From: Felis catus | Taxonomy: Eukaryota | Reading direction: 5' to 3' | NCBI RefSeq assembly: GCF_018350175.1 | Contig: NC_058368.1 | Coordinates: forward strand, 221,280,001-221,344,000 | Length of the DNA stretch: 64,000 nt | Shown here: positions 48,916 through 61,560 of the stretch, in pieces | Layout of the letters: each line of letters begins with the position of its first letter | How positions within the stretch are numbered: the stretch's first letter is position 1 | Notes under the pieces: generated by a model | Databases searched by the model: none | Seen by the model: the letters and a program-made list of their open reading frames with translations, nothing else | Told to the model about the DNA's origin: nothing | Position numbers and translations under genes: made by a program

Positions 48916-49512
48916 AGACATGGAATGACCCAAAGGAGAAGTGTTCTAAGAGGAATATAGAATATATCTCTCAAGCATTTGTAAATATATTCTTGTTACA
49001 TTTATTAATGTGTTCTGTGTTGACCTGTCCACCTTGTACCCATGCCCTAAATATGAGGGGAAGAGGCTATATTTTCACCACTAGAATGTTTAGTATTTGT
49101 AATAAAATGCCACAAAGTATGTGCTTAATAAAGATCTGTTGAATATATTTATGGAGACAGAAAAGGTATATTGGTGTTTATAGAAAGCAGAAAACAACTG
49201 ATTTACAAAGAAGTAAATTGAGAGTTCCCCCTGCCCTAATGTGGTAATATATCGCATATAAATATATCATTATTATTATTAGTTTGGTATACTTGCAGCT
49301 ACCACATGCAAAATAAGGCAGCATGAATGAAAAAATCAAATGAATAATTTCACCAAATCCCCTTTTTAGTTCATAAACCCATAAGTAGAGTGAAAAGAAA
49401 AGCCAAAAGCATAAGAACACATGCATTAATGAATAATAATGAATGAATATATTAAGGAATAAATAGGAAAACACAGTAAGAAAAACAGAAAATGAAGGTA
49501 CATTTATTTTTT

Positions 49513-49741
49513 TATCTTTTTAGAACTTTTTTTTTATTTTCTTAATGCTTATTTATACTTGAGAGAGAGAGACAGTATAAGCAGGCGAGGGGCAGAGAGA
49601 GAGGGAGACACAGAATCTGATGCAGGCTCCAGGCTCTGTCATGTCAGCACAGAGCCCGGCGTGGGGCTCGAACTCACGAACCATGAGATCATGATCTGAG
49701 CCAAAGTTGTACAGTTAACTGACTAAGCCACCCAGGTTCCC
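49513..49741 (-). mobile_element. CanSINE
   Basis: TSD gaaggtacatttatttttt starting at 49494 and at 49743. Confidence 0.97.
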
Positions 49742-50604
49742 GGAAGGTACATTTATTTTTTTTTTAATTCTCATTTCCTAGAGTTATGTAACTTTTTAAA
49801 TTAACGGCTTTATGTTGAAATAATTGTTGGTTCACATTCAGTGGTAAGACATAATAGATTCCATGCATATTTTATCCAGTTTCCCCTGACATCTTGCAAA
49901 ACTACAAAAAACTATGACAAAGTATTTTGAGACAGACAAGGTATAGAACATTTCTATAATCTCCAGGGTCCTTCATGATGCCCTTTTATGGCTATTGTCA
50001 CTTCCTACCTGCCTCTCGCCGCCCCCCCCCCCCGCCCCGCCGCCTTTAGGCAACCCTAGAACCACTAATGTGTTTTCCACTTCAACAATTTTATCATTTG
50101 AAGTTTGCAGATCATTATATAAATGGACTCTGAAAAAACATAAGCTTTTGGAATTGGTTGGTTTTTTCACTCAGCATAAGTCTCTGGAGATCCACCTAAG
50201 TTGTGGCATGCATCAACAGTTTGTTTCTTTGTATTTGCTGTTTACTATTCTATGATATGAACGCACTTCATTATGTTTTGTAATTCGTCTGTTGTAGAGC
50301 ATTGGGTTTTTTTTTTTTTTTGTTTTTGTTTTTTACAGTTTTTGGCAACTACACATTGAGCTGCCATGAATGCTTATTCACAGGTTGGTTTTTGTTTGAC
50401 ATGTATTTTCCTTTCTCTGGAATAAATGTCCTGTCTTCAGGTCATGTGACAGTTTCATGTTTAGTTTTGTTTGTTAAGAAACTGCGAAAGTGTTTTCCAG
50501 AACAGTTGTACCATTTGACATTTACAGCAGCCAATGTTTGAGTGATCCTGTTTCTTGGGAACCTTGCCACATTTTTGTGGTATCCGTGTGTTTTGCTCCA
50601 ATTT

Positions 50605-50962
50605 ATATAATTTTATTTTTCAACTTTAAAGAGGTATATAGCAAATTGTACATATTTAATGTGTGCATGTTGATGAGTTTGGGCATGGATTACGTATCTG
50701 TGACACCATCACCATAGTCAAGGTAATAAATGACATATTCATCACCTCCAAAAGATTTCTTGTTTCCCATTGCCGTTACCTGCCACTTTTATTTTCTTTT
50801 GATAAGCACATTTGGCATGAGATCTACCCTCATAACAAGTTTTGTGAACAACACTATATTGTTAACTATGTTAACTATGGGCAGTGTCCAACAGAAACTC
50901 TCTGGTTCTTATTCATCTTGTGTAACTGTAACTTTATACCCATTGAATAACAGTCCCCCATT
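50605..50962 (-). mobile_element. L1MA/L1MB-type 3' end fragment nested in the L1MC-like element
   Basis: 'aaattgtacatatttaatgtgtgc...caccatcaccatagtcaaggtaataaa...tcatcacctccaaaagattt...actttatacccattgaataaca'; host L1 resumes at 'cattctgatgggtgtatagtga'. Confidence 0.75.
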
Positions 50963-52393
50963 CTGATGGGTGTATAGTGATAACTTACTACTTAAGTTTA
51001 CATTCCCTAATGAGATGGGAATTAGCGTTAACTTCTTTTAACATTTTTAAAATTTCTTCATTGAAACGACCTGGTCCTGGAAACTTCTATTGGAGGAAGG
51101 TTTTTAGTTATACATCCAATGTCTTTAGAAATTTAGAGGGCTACTCAAATTATCTCATATTGGATAATTTGTGGTAAGTTGTGTTTTTCATACAAGTGAT
51201 CCATTTCATCTGAAATTTCAAATGTATTAATTTAGAGTTGTTCATACCATTTCCTCACCATTTTGATGACTGCAAGTTCTGTTATGATATCCCCTATTTT
51301 CACTCATGATATTGATAATTAGTGTCCTTTTTTTCTTTGTCAGTTTTGCCAACCATTTGAATGTTTCGAAGAATCCATTCTTGCTCGTTTATTTCTATAT
51401 GGATTCTGTTTTCAATTTCATTGATTTTTGCTCTTGTCCACGTTATATTTTTCCTTCTGCTTGGGTTATTTTACACTCTCAAGTTTTTGAGGCGAGAGCT
51501 TAGATGATCAATCTGAAAATTTTCATCTTCTAATATATTTATTTAGTGCTGTAAATTTCCCTCACAGCAATGCTTTAGATGTTTCTAACAAGTTTTAATA
51601 TGTTGCATTTTCATTTCAAATCAGTTCAATATATTTTGTTATTTCCCTTGAAACTTCCCTTTTAGCCCATGGATTATTTAGAAGTGTGTTTTTTGGGTTT
51701 TATTTGTTTGGAGACTTGCATGCTACTTCATTATTGATTTCTAGTCTGATTCCACTCAAAACGCACACTCTGTATGATTTTAACAATGTTAAACTGAGCA
51801 AGGGTAATTTTATGGGCCAGAATATGTAAGTATATATGTCTTGCCATGTTATACATACCAGTTAGAGACTATTGGTTGGTGGCGGTGACTTTTAGAACTT
51901 TGCTGATTTTCCATTCATATGTTCTATCAGTTGTTGAGAAAGGAATATTGAATGCCATACGTTAATTATGGGTTTCTCCATTTCTCTTTTAGCTCTATCA
52001 GATTTTGCTTCACATATTTTTTGAAGACTGTTTTTCGTTGCATACAAATTTAGGGTTTTTGTCGAATTGATCCTTTAATCACTATGCATTCTCTTTCTCT
52101 GTTTTTGTAATTTTATTTGCTGTAAAGTCTTCCTTATGTGATATTAATATAGCAATTACTTTTTAATTTTGATTAATGTTTACATGATGTATTTTTTTCT
52201 ATCTCTTTCATTTTGATCAATATAAATCATTATATATGAAATGAGCTTCTTGTATCATACACATTATGTTTTTAAATCCACTCAGCCAATCTCTATGTTT
52301 TAATCAGTGTACTTAGATAATTTACATTTAACATAATCACTGATACTATTAACATTTTAGGGCTGCCATTTTATTCTGTTGTTTATTCTCCGT

Positions 52394-52451
52394 TTCTTTT
52401 CTTTTCTTTTCTTTTCTTTTCTTTTCTTTTCTTTTCTTTTCTTTTCTTTTC
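52394..52451. repeat. (CTTTT)n
   Basis: Seen directly. Confidence 0.95.
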
Positions 52452-53780
52452 ATCTTTTTCTTTCATTTCTTGTCTTCCTAGGTTACTTGAATATATTTTA
52501 TGATTCTACTCTGATATATCTATAGTGTTTTTAGTGCATCTTTTCATATAGCTTTTTATTGGTTGCTCTGGTTATCGCATCATCTATCCATAACTTATCA
52601 CAATCTACTGTCATGACATTTATCAGTTTAAATGAAATGTTTAATATTATTCTGTTTAAATGTCCCTCTAGTTTCCCTCATTTATAATAAAATTGTCTTA
52701 AATATTTCCTCTCCATGTAGTTAGACCCACTACAGACAATGTTATAATTTCTGCTTCAACCATCAAAGAAAACTAATTGAGAAAACTAAGAAGTAAATGG
52801 AAAATGTAATATATTTTCACACACTTTTGTCTTTCTATTGTTGCTCTTCCTCCTGAAGTTCAAAGATTCCTTCTATCATTTCTTTTCTAGTTTAAGATCT
52901 TCCTTTAACCATTTTTGAGGATAGGTCATTGATGGTAAATTTTCTTCGTTTCCCTTCATCTAAAAATATTTTGCTTAAAAATATTTTTATTTTTCTGTAA
53001 TTCCTAGGATATATTTTACTGGGTATAGAATTCTGAGCTGACAGTTCTTTTCTGTCAAACTCAAACATTTGGCTGGCCTCCCTGGTTTCTGATGAGAATT
53101 CTACTTGACTCAGCTTTTTCTTATAGGTGAGATATCATTTCTCTCTTGATGATGATGAGATTTTTTCCCTTTCTTTTAGTTCACAGAAGCTTCACATGAA
53201 TTTATTTGAGTTTATCTTGGAGGTATTTCAGCTTAGTGAGTCCATAGGTTTATATTTTTTTGATCAATTTAGGAAATGTTTTAGTCTTATTTTTTTTTTC
53301 AGCACCTTTCCAGCCTCACCTTTTTTTCTCTTCTCTTTCTGGAACTCACATGAATGTTAGATCTTTTATTATAGCCCCACAGGACCATGAGGCTCTATTT
53401 TATTATTATTATTATTATTATTTTTATTTGGTCAATTTTCTCTGTCCTTTGTAGATAGCATAATTATAACTGTTCTGTGTTCCAATTCACTGATTTTTTT
53501 CTCTGCCATCTCCATTCTGCTGTTGAGCCCATCCATTATGCTTTGTTTTTTTGGTGGTGTTGCTTTTTAGTTCTAAACTTGCAGTGGTCTTCACTTAGGC
53601 TGTGGTTGGAGTGGAGGTTGACTTCATTGCCATCAGCAAGGATAAAATCCCAGCCCCTACTTGACCATTTCTGACCCCAAACTCTGACAGGATGTCTGAG
53701 GCACCTGGTTACAGCCTGACAAGTGTAGAACTCTGGAGCCTCCACTGACTTCTCTTGGCATGAGTGAGCTAAGGCAACAG

Positions 53781-53874
53781 TTCCTTCCTTCCTTCCTTCC
53801 TTCCTTCCTTCCTTCCTTCCTTCCTTCCTCTCCCTCCCTCCCTCCCTCCCTCCCTCCCTCCCTCCCTCTCTTTT

Positions 53875-53930
<56 letters not shown>

Positions 53931-53932
53931 TT

Positions 53933-53984
<52 letters not shown>
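53781..53984. repeat. Compound (TTCC)n(TCCC)n(TTTC)n polypyrimidine microsatellite
   Basis: ~200 bp pure pyrimidine tract; explains the KERK/EGGR-repeat ORFs. Confidence 0.98.
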
Positions 53985-54381
53985 GTTTTGTTGAAATACA
54001 GACACTTATCATCTAATAGTTTCTGTCTTTGATGACTCTTAAAGGCACTTAGGATACAGAGCATGTGTGTTTGTTGGATTTTCTCTGTATGAATTGTCAT
54101 TTCTTGGACACCAGCTTCTTCTGCTTCAGTCTAGGATATATGAGGCTAAAAGAAAATCTAGAGCACAGAGCACACATCACTGTGTCATTCTTGAGTTCCT
54201 AAGTCCTTAGTCTCTCTGCCTTTTTCTATCCACCTTTCAAGGGTTTTCTATATTCATTTTATACAATGCTTAGGATTTTTAGGTGTACTCAGTGGGAGGA
54301 ATAGGAAAACATACATCTACTCCATCTGTCTGGAATCAGAAATCTGATCAAGTCATTGAATTTTAAAACTTAAGAGTTCAA

Positions 54382-54597
54382 GGGGCGCCTGGGTGGCTCA
54401 GTTGGTTGAGCGTCTGACTTCGGCTCAGGTCATGATCTCGTGGTCTGTGAGTTCCAGCCCCATGTCAGGTTCTGTGCTGACAGCTCGGAGCCTGGAGCCT
54501 GCTTCAGACTCTGTGTCTCCCTCTCTCTCTGCCCCTCTTCTGCCCATGCTCTCTCTCTCTCTGTCAAAAATAAATAAACATTAAAAAAATTAAAAAA
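54382..54597 (+). mobile_element. CanSINE
   Basis: Degenerate TSD aaaacttaagagttcaa / aaaacttgggttcaa. Confidence 0.96.
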
Positions 54598-55069
54598 AAA
54601 ACTTGGGTTCAATATCCCAAAAATCACAGACATTTTATGCGTTAGGAAACCTACAGCAGTAAAGTGGACTGCCTTGTCCTGGGCCCAAGAGAAACTTGTT
54701 AACAGAAGATTATAAATTAGTGAAGATTTTTTTTTTTTCAATACCATTCTGTTTCTTTAAAATTTAAGAGAAAGATGACTAAAGATCCAGTTGTGTTAAA
54801 GTCAGTTATCATCACACAGACTCAGGTATAACATATGTAACTTTTTTTTCTTTGTCTTCCTCTTCATCCTCTGGAGTAGCTATGGAAGGAAAATATTTGA
54901 TTACTAACATGTTTAGAAACTATTAGCCCTGTGGACCTGTCCTGATACAGGAGATATAAACCTGAACTTCTGTCGTCTCTTACTCTGTAGGAAGTAAGGA
55001 GTATCATATAAAACCGCGTAGACTTTATTGGAACAATAGTCCAACTTGTTTATTTCTTCAGATTCTGGA

Positions 55070-55265
55070 AGCACAGTATAAAAACTAAGGTCATCAGACC
55101 TGGGTTTTAGTTCTAATTCTGTCTGGGGTTCAACCATGGTTGTTATGCAGACTATGAACTCCTCTTCTCTAAAAGTTTCCAACAATGACTGTCTTCAGGA
55201 TTATTAAAACTATTGAGTGAAATTATGTATGTTAAGCCCATAAAAATTGTTGCATATTCAATATA
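55070..55265 (+). mobile_element. MIR (decayed)
   Basis: 'gtcatcagacctgggttttagttctaattctgtc...ttcaggattattaaaactattgagtgaaattatgtatgttaagc'. Confidence 0.6.
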
Positions 55266-56957
55266 TGGCAGGTATAAGACATTATAGCCATATTAGGGGA
55301 TTTTCAAATTTGAAAACTGAAATAATGGGAGAATCTTTTGTGTTTTTAGACTTACCATCTGAAATCCCTGCTGCTGACCATTGACCAGCTGTGCAGCTGT
55401 ACAGCCTCTCATTAAAAAGAGATTACCTTAAAAATTAGAAATCTATTATGTCCGTTCATTCAGAGTATACCCACCCCATAATCCAGTCAAAATATTTGTA
55501 AAGAATATCCAATTTGATAGCATGTCCACTCAAAAGAATCCATTTTAGTTCATGATTTGTAAACATATAATTTTTTTATTAACTACAATATATTGTAGTT
55601 AATATATAATAATTTTGTCAGTAATGTATTTCTGTGTTTTTTGTTTTCTTTCTTTCTTTCTTCCTTCCTTCCTTCCTTCCTTCCTTCCTTCCTTCCTTTC
55701 TGGCAAGCAGTATGTACCTACCTCCAAATTCAGTGTAGTTTGGGAACAACCCTTGAAAAATTTCAAAAGTTACTCAATCCAATTATTTATGTCTTTATTA
55801 TTTTTAGCCCCTATTATAAGTTGTCCCCTTATGAACATAAAAGTTTTGGGGACACATCATATTTGGATTGTGGGCACCACTTATAAATAAGGTGAAATTA
55901 ATAAAAAACTAGAATGAATATCTTGAATATATATTAGAGCCTGCCTAATTGCAAAAATAATTTCAGGAAAAATTAATAAGTTCTTAAAATATAATAAAAT
56001 AACAAAATAAATAAATCATATTTTAAGAAAGTTGAAAACAAAGAGAACCCGTAATAAAGTAAAGGGCTTTCCAGCTATAAAATATGCAAATAATCTAAGA
56101 ATTACATCCACATAATTAACCAGAATGCCATTTGAGTTGCCAAGGAAAATAATTTTCATTTTCATTACTGGGTGGGAAGGAACATCTGAGACTTCAGATG
56201 GTGAGTAAGGGTGACTTTGCCCTAATTCATGAAAATCAGGACAGCGCATTTCAATATGATTGAATTAAAAAGAGCCCAGGGAGCAACCATGCCGATAAAA
56301 GATGACTACAATTAAAACTTGTGTTATTTAGACATTGTTATTGACACCATAAGTATCACCATGTGCTCTGCAAGCTCCATTGTGCCCTCAAGGTGGTCAT
56401 ATGGATAACAAGATGCATTTTTCCTCTCTGTTAGATGGATGCTATGGGACAGGCTTGCTTGAAATAAAGGAATTTCAACATGCCAGAGAGGAAAATGTCA
56501 AACTGGAGCTTTATCAAGTTAGATATAAAAGTTTTAGTCAGATGAGCCACACTAGCATGATTTATTATATTTTTATCTTTGTTGTTTGTTTGTTTATTTA
56601 TTTATGGGAAGACTGGGGAGCCAGAGGACTTAAGATAGGCCTTTTATTTGGCTCCTTCTCCACAAATTAAAAACCTTGCTAACATGGTTCATTTTGCAAG
56701 AACATCGACTGGCAGAAACTATCTAACAAAGTACTCGCTGTTTCTTGAGGCACTCATGGAATAGGAGTCTCTTGATGACCTCCTCTAACCTTAAAGCATT
56801 ATAAAGAAAATAATTATAGTTTGAGACTCATCAATTACATCTGATAGCTTACCTACATTTGCATTTTAAATATATAAAAGTATCAGTACTTTTATCCACC
56901 ATTTCTTCTGGCGCTCTGGTGTTTGTCTTTTTAATCTTCCTTTTCACTTGCTGTGTA

Positions 56958-57184
56958 TTATTATTTAAAAAAATTTAATGTTTATTTATTTTTGAGAGAG
57001 AGAGAGAGAGAGAGACAGTGCAAGCGGGGAGGAACAGAGTGATAGGGAGATACTGAATCAGAAGCAGGCTCCAGGCTCTGAGCTGCCAGCACAGAGCCCG
57101 ACACAGGGCTTGAACTCATGAACTGTGGGCTCATGACCTGAGCCGAGGTCAGATGCTTAATCAACTGAGCCACTCAGGCACCCC
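56958..57184 (-). mobile_element. CanSINE (no evident TSD)
   Basis: Full antisense body ending cactcaggcacccc. Confidence 0.96.
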
Positions 57185-57562
57185 AAGGATTTTTAAGCAT
57201 ATAGTTTTTTGTGTTGTTGTTCTGCTAATCCCCTAAATTCTTGGAATATTTAGAAACATACATATTCTTGTGCTAACCTGATAGGCTTGGACAAAAATGT
57301 GAGAGAACAGGGAGTATATTGTGAACACTCTCATTGTTACTGGAATTATGTTTTTATGCCAACCTCAATACACAATCTGAACTGACCTTTGTATTTCCAC
57401 GTGAGCTATGGTGTGGTACTATAGACCTTGCTAAGTGACTTGCATCTGTACTGTTATTGAATATGTTTTATCACTTTGTATAATTGATTATCTATACCTG
57501 CTTTTCTCTCATTTAGAAAATGATTTTTTTTTGTATATCGTGAATATTTGCACTTAAGACAT

Positions 57563-57672
57563 TGTGGTAGACTGAATAATGGCCTTCCTAAAATGTCTTA
57601 ATTCCCAGAACTTGTAAATGTTACCTAATTTGGAAAAGGAATTTGCTGACGTGGCCGAGTTAAGGATTTATG
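57563..57672 (+). mobile_element. 5' ~110 bp of an MLT1D-like LTR
   Basis: 'tgtggtagactgaataatggcc...attcccagaacttgtaaatgttacct...ggaaaaggaatttgctgacgtg...ttaaggat'. Confidence 0.85.
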
Positions 57673-57744
57673 AACTACAAGATCATAACCTGAACTGAAA
57701 TCAAGAGTCAAGATGCTTAATCGACTGAGCCACTCAGGCACCCC
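57670..57744 (-). mobile_element. CanSINE head only (3' part lost)
   Basis: 'atgaactacaagatcataacctgaactgaaatcaagagtcaagatgcttaatcgactgagccactcaggcacccc'. Confidence 0.9.
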
Positions 57745-58349
57745 TCAAAGTACAATGTTTGTAAAAAAATAGCACAACTGTTGCGTAATATAGGTGGCAG
57801 CTCCCCAGTGATAACTGGTCAAAATAATTTATTTTTGTTAGGAATGGAGTAGAGATGGGGTAGGGGAGAAAGCAGGTAAGGACCTTGAGGGACATGTTTG
57901 TCATCCTGGACCATTTACAGTAACACCTAACTGTCTAAAGCATCATAATGATAAGAAATCCAGTTTAATTTTAGAATAGAAAGGAAATTTAGGCTAAATC
58001 TCCTTCTTTGCTGTACATATTGCTGATTCCAGAAAGAATTTCAAATGACTTCCAAAGAATCTAAAATAAAAACAAGAAAAAAAATTACAAAGACGAAACT
58101 TCTACTACAAAGGATAGCTGAGAATTGAGCTGAAACTACACCCTATAGTGACCCGTATGAGTTACCTCAGTTGAACAGACTTTATTACCGAACTTTTGAA
58201 AATCGATGAGATAGAACTCGTTTTCGTCACAATCTTAAATGGCCTTGATGTAAAAATAAACTAATTGTCCAGGGAAAACTTGATGCTTCTTGGTAAAATA
58301 ATTAGAAAGTAGTAATACTGATGAAGGCTCTGTAATAAATTGGAATCAC

Positions 58350-58455
58350 GTATCCACAAATATTTATTCAGCCTACCGCGTGTCAGATGTGAACACTACA
58401 TGTTTGCAATGCATCAAAAAAAGAAGTAGATCAAACCCTCTGCACTCAGGGCACC
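58350..58455 (-). mobile_element. L2 3' end fragment
   Basis: 'tatccacaaatatttattcagcctaccgcgtgtcagatgt...ccctctgcactcagg'. Confidence 0.6.
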
Positions 58456-59277
58456 CCAATTTTTTCAATCAGCTCCCTCCCAACATCCTCTAAAGGGACT
58501 TAGAAATGAGTTACCTAAGGCACCACCCCACAATCACAACTTAGCAAAATCAGTTTTGAAGACAGGCTAGACTATGTCCTTGAAAATAAATCATTTAGTG
58601 TCACAATTCTTATAGTAAATTTTGGCTGACATTGATTTGAGATTTTACTCCTGGCAAATGCCGGAAATTCAGCTCTTCTATGCAGCTAAGAGAATTGAGA
58701 GCCATGTTCCTCAGGAATAGTCAAGGTGGGGTTAGGGTTATAATCCTTTTACAGAGGCTTAAAATCTCAATAAAGCCATCAGGGGTGAGCTGTGGGCATG
58801 TCCACATTAAGGACTCAAATTCTCTTTAGAAAATTGTTTTGGATCCACTTCACTCATAGAACCGTAATGAGCAAGGATTCCAGATCCACTCTGTGAAGCA
58901 ACTTGGTTTTAGAAATAATGTTCATATTAGCATGTAACTCAAGATGCTTGAATGGAAATAACATCTTAATGAAACACCCATAGAATTTTACATTGAAGAA
59001 TGATATTCTTCTATATTTTAAAAAACAAAATCAGGCAATTAAAACAAGCATTGCTAAGATTTTAAAACTGTAAGATTTTTAGTGCAGGGGCATGGTACAT
59101 TTAATTTTGTTTCTCATCATTTTACCCTTAATATTTAACACATTATCTTACGAAGCACGAGGTATTTGATTTCACACATATCTTTGAAAATAACTTGTTA
59201 AAACCAAGCTAATTATTTTGCCAGCAAGTAGCACAGACAAATCTCATCCAACTGACCCCAGAACCCAGAGTTTTAAT

Positions 59278-59490
59278 AGTTATCATTTATTGAACACAAA
59301 TTGTGTGCCAGCAACTATAGATGACTTGACTCTCTATTTAATTTCTATGATGTGTTATTAGCAGTCTTTTATATATTAGGTAATAAAACTCAGAGAGGAA
59401 AAGTAACTTTCTCGATGTCACAGAGATGATTAATTATTTGGCAAGTAGGTTGTTTTAAATGCTTAGGTGACTTAAAACATTTCATCTTTA
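59278..59490 (-). mobile_element. MIR
   Basis: 'catttattgaacacaaattgtgtgccagc...aaaactcagagaggaaaagtaactttctcgatgtcacag'. Confidence 0.75.
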
Positions 59491-60147
59491 ACCAGTTGAT
59501 TTTCCCCAACCGCCTCCTTCCCACCTTCTCTCCTCACCCCCATTGCTTTTCTTAAATCTCAAGACAAAACTTCTTGTCACTGCCCACATGTACCAGGCAC
59601 TTCCTCAAGAATTGCTCATACAGATGTTACACTAATATTTCTAAATAGACATTCTAACATGGGCTGAAGTTTTTGTTTGTGATGGAGCTAGTTCAAAGAA
59701 GAAAAGTAAAAACTAGTGCTGGTGGACAGTGTTCTTACAAAAGAGTGAAACTTTACCAGGCTGGCATGAAAGGGGTAAAAGATAATACCAGTATCAGAGG
59801 AAAGAGCATGAACAAGAAGATAAAGACACTGAAGACCGTGGCACAGAGACAGAAGTATTGTGATTCAATTGGACTATGTGTAGGCAAATGGGTGTTTAAA
59901 GAAGTTAGCCAATGATGGGTAGGATCTATCTAGAAGGCAAGGGAAGTTGATAGGTAATTGAAGCAGTTCATGAAAGAGGACCATTCAGGCAGGCTACCCA
60001 GGTATGAAAGTGAGCAAGGAAATGGACACAAATACTAAGAAAAAAGAAAAGATAGTCAAGACTAAGACAGTAGCAGCCAAGCTGTAAAATACATAGCAGA
60101 TAGAAAAAAAAATCAGTATTTATTGGAACTGGTTGGTGAATGCTAGT

Positions 60148-60527
60148 ATGTGGGAGTGAAATGTGGAATGTAGTGAACAGGTGCTACATCCCCAGAGTCC
60201 TCAGGCTTCCCTTCCCCAGGACGTGATATCTGCATGGACACCCTTGTGCCGAGATCATTCCTTTCCCAAGTGTAGCCTGTATCCAGTGAGTGATCAAAGT
60301 GCACATAAAAGGGCCCAAGGATTTGAAGTTGGCTAACAACCATTTTGATGAGCCAAGCTTTGCCTAAGTCTTCATCAGCCCACACGCCACTCTGACTACA
60401 CTCTGCTCAAACCTGCTTCCTTCCCTTCCTTTGACTGACAATTCTTAAAAACAAAAGAAAAAAACCCAAAGGATCTCACCTCAAACACCATCTCAGTCTC
60501 TGCTTTCAGAGAACCCAACCTGTGATA
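60148..60527 (+). mobile_element. ERVL solo LTR (LTR16-like)
   Basis: 'cctttcccaagtgtagcctgtatccagtgagtgatc...cctgcttccttccc...catctcagtctctgctttcagagaacccaacctgtgata' matches LTR16 family features. Confidence 0.75.
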
Positions 60528-61516
60528 ATCCTCACGTACCTAAAGTAAGGCTTCATTATCAAAACAGGAAATACCAACAAGTAAAGTGGTGAAAAGTAGT
60601 ACATTCACTTTTAGGGTATTGTATTGGAGAGAACAGTGGATGCGCTAGATGAAGATCTCTTGCACATGGAAAGATATTCACGGCTATAGCTCAAGAGTAA
60701 AGGGTGAGTGGAAATTTGTACTTGAGGACATTGTTTTTAAAACAAATCCAAAATATATTTCACATTTTTTTCTGTTTTAGATATAATTCATAGCCTATTT
60801 TTCCAAGATTCTAACTAAAAACAAAAGAATATTTTGCTTACAGTATAAGAAGATTTTAGCAACCCTTCCATTGTCTATTGGAATATTTATAAATTAATTC
60901 TGCTGTGCGACTTGGCATCGTCTGGTGTTGTTGATGGCTTATAGCAGACAAGTCCAAATTGAAGTCAAGATTCCATTCCCTGAGCAGTCCTCCCAGGATG
61001 TGGCATCCCTTATGTCAAGCTATTTTCTTTATTGCCCAATTTATACATAACTGACAAGGTGTCCCAATTGCCTGGTTATGATATCCTTGCTTCTTCTTTG
61101 ATGAGAAAGTGATTATGTTTTAAGGGGCTTTCTACACACACATTTGTCAGCTTTTAGCTGTTGCTTATGTCCTCAGTTAGTTATAATTGATGCCCAAGGG
61201 TAACTTGTACATTTAAATGAGAACTGTTAGTGATTATTCACATCATATCATCTATAAACACAGGAAGAGATACAAGAAAGTTTATTTCTTCACCTTCATA
61301 TCTCCTACACGTGTATTTGAATGCTGAATGGCGTCCTCGGGCTGCTTTATTTTCTATTTAGCCCTTTTATCCTTTTGGATTTCACATTTCATTAGTTAAT
61401 AGTATTGGATTTGTGCCAAGTAAATAACATATACATGTATGACTTTGAAGTTAGGCTTAAGAGTACATAAGATAAGAGGCATCTGCTACTAATAATCAAA
61501 TGATTATTTTGTGTGT

Positions 61517-61519
<3 letters not shown>

Positions 61520-61559
<40 letters not shown>
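61520..61559. repeat. (CA)n microsatellite
   Basis: Seen directly. Confidence 0.97.

Positions 61560-61560
<1 letters not shown>

Larger units (their letters stand above)
49795..54343 (-). mobile_element. Old L1 (L1MC1/2-like 3' end) with both termini and a large ORF2 deletion
   Basis: 3'UTR 'ttgaaataattgttggttcacattcagtggtaagacataata...ccagtttcccc...catcttgcaaaacta'; antisense EN-proximal ORF2 and ORF1-like T-rich sequence 51020-53550; 5' end 'tgggaggaataggaaaacatacatctactccatctgtctggaatcagaa'. Confidence 0.8.

Noticed and set aside
53536..54100. Longest ORFs in the window (158 and 147 aa, KERK/EGGR repeats)
   Set aside because: Translations of the stop-free tetranucleotide microsatellite, not genes.
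2322..57173. Recurrent similar short ORFs (MAQLVK..TSAQVM.., ..RERGRHRI..RLQALS..) that look like a gene family
   Set aside because: All are read-throughs of CanSINE copies.
2351..57744. tRNA-like A/B box sequences in SINE heads
   Set aside because: tRNA-derived SINE heads, not functional tRNA genes.
58140..58235. Small CpG cluster with a coding-looking frame (PYSDPYELPQLNRLYYRTFENR)
   Set aside because: Bounded by stops on both sides, with no splice signals.
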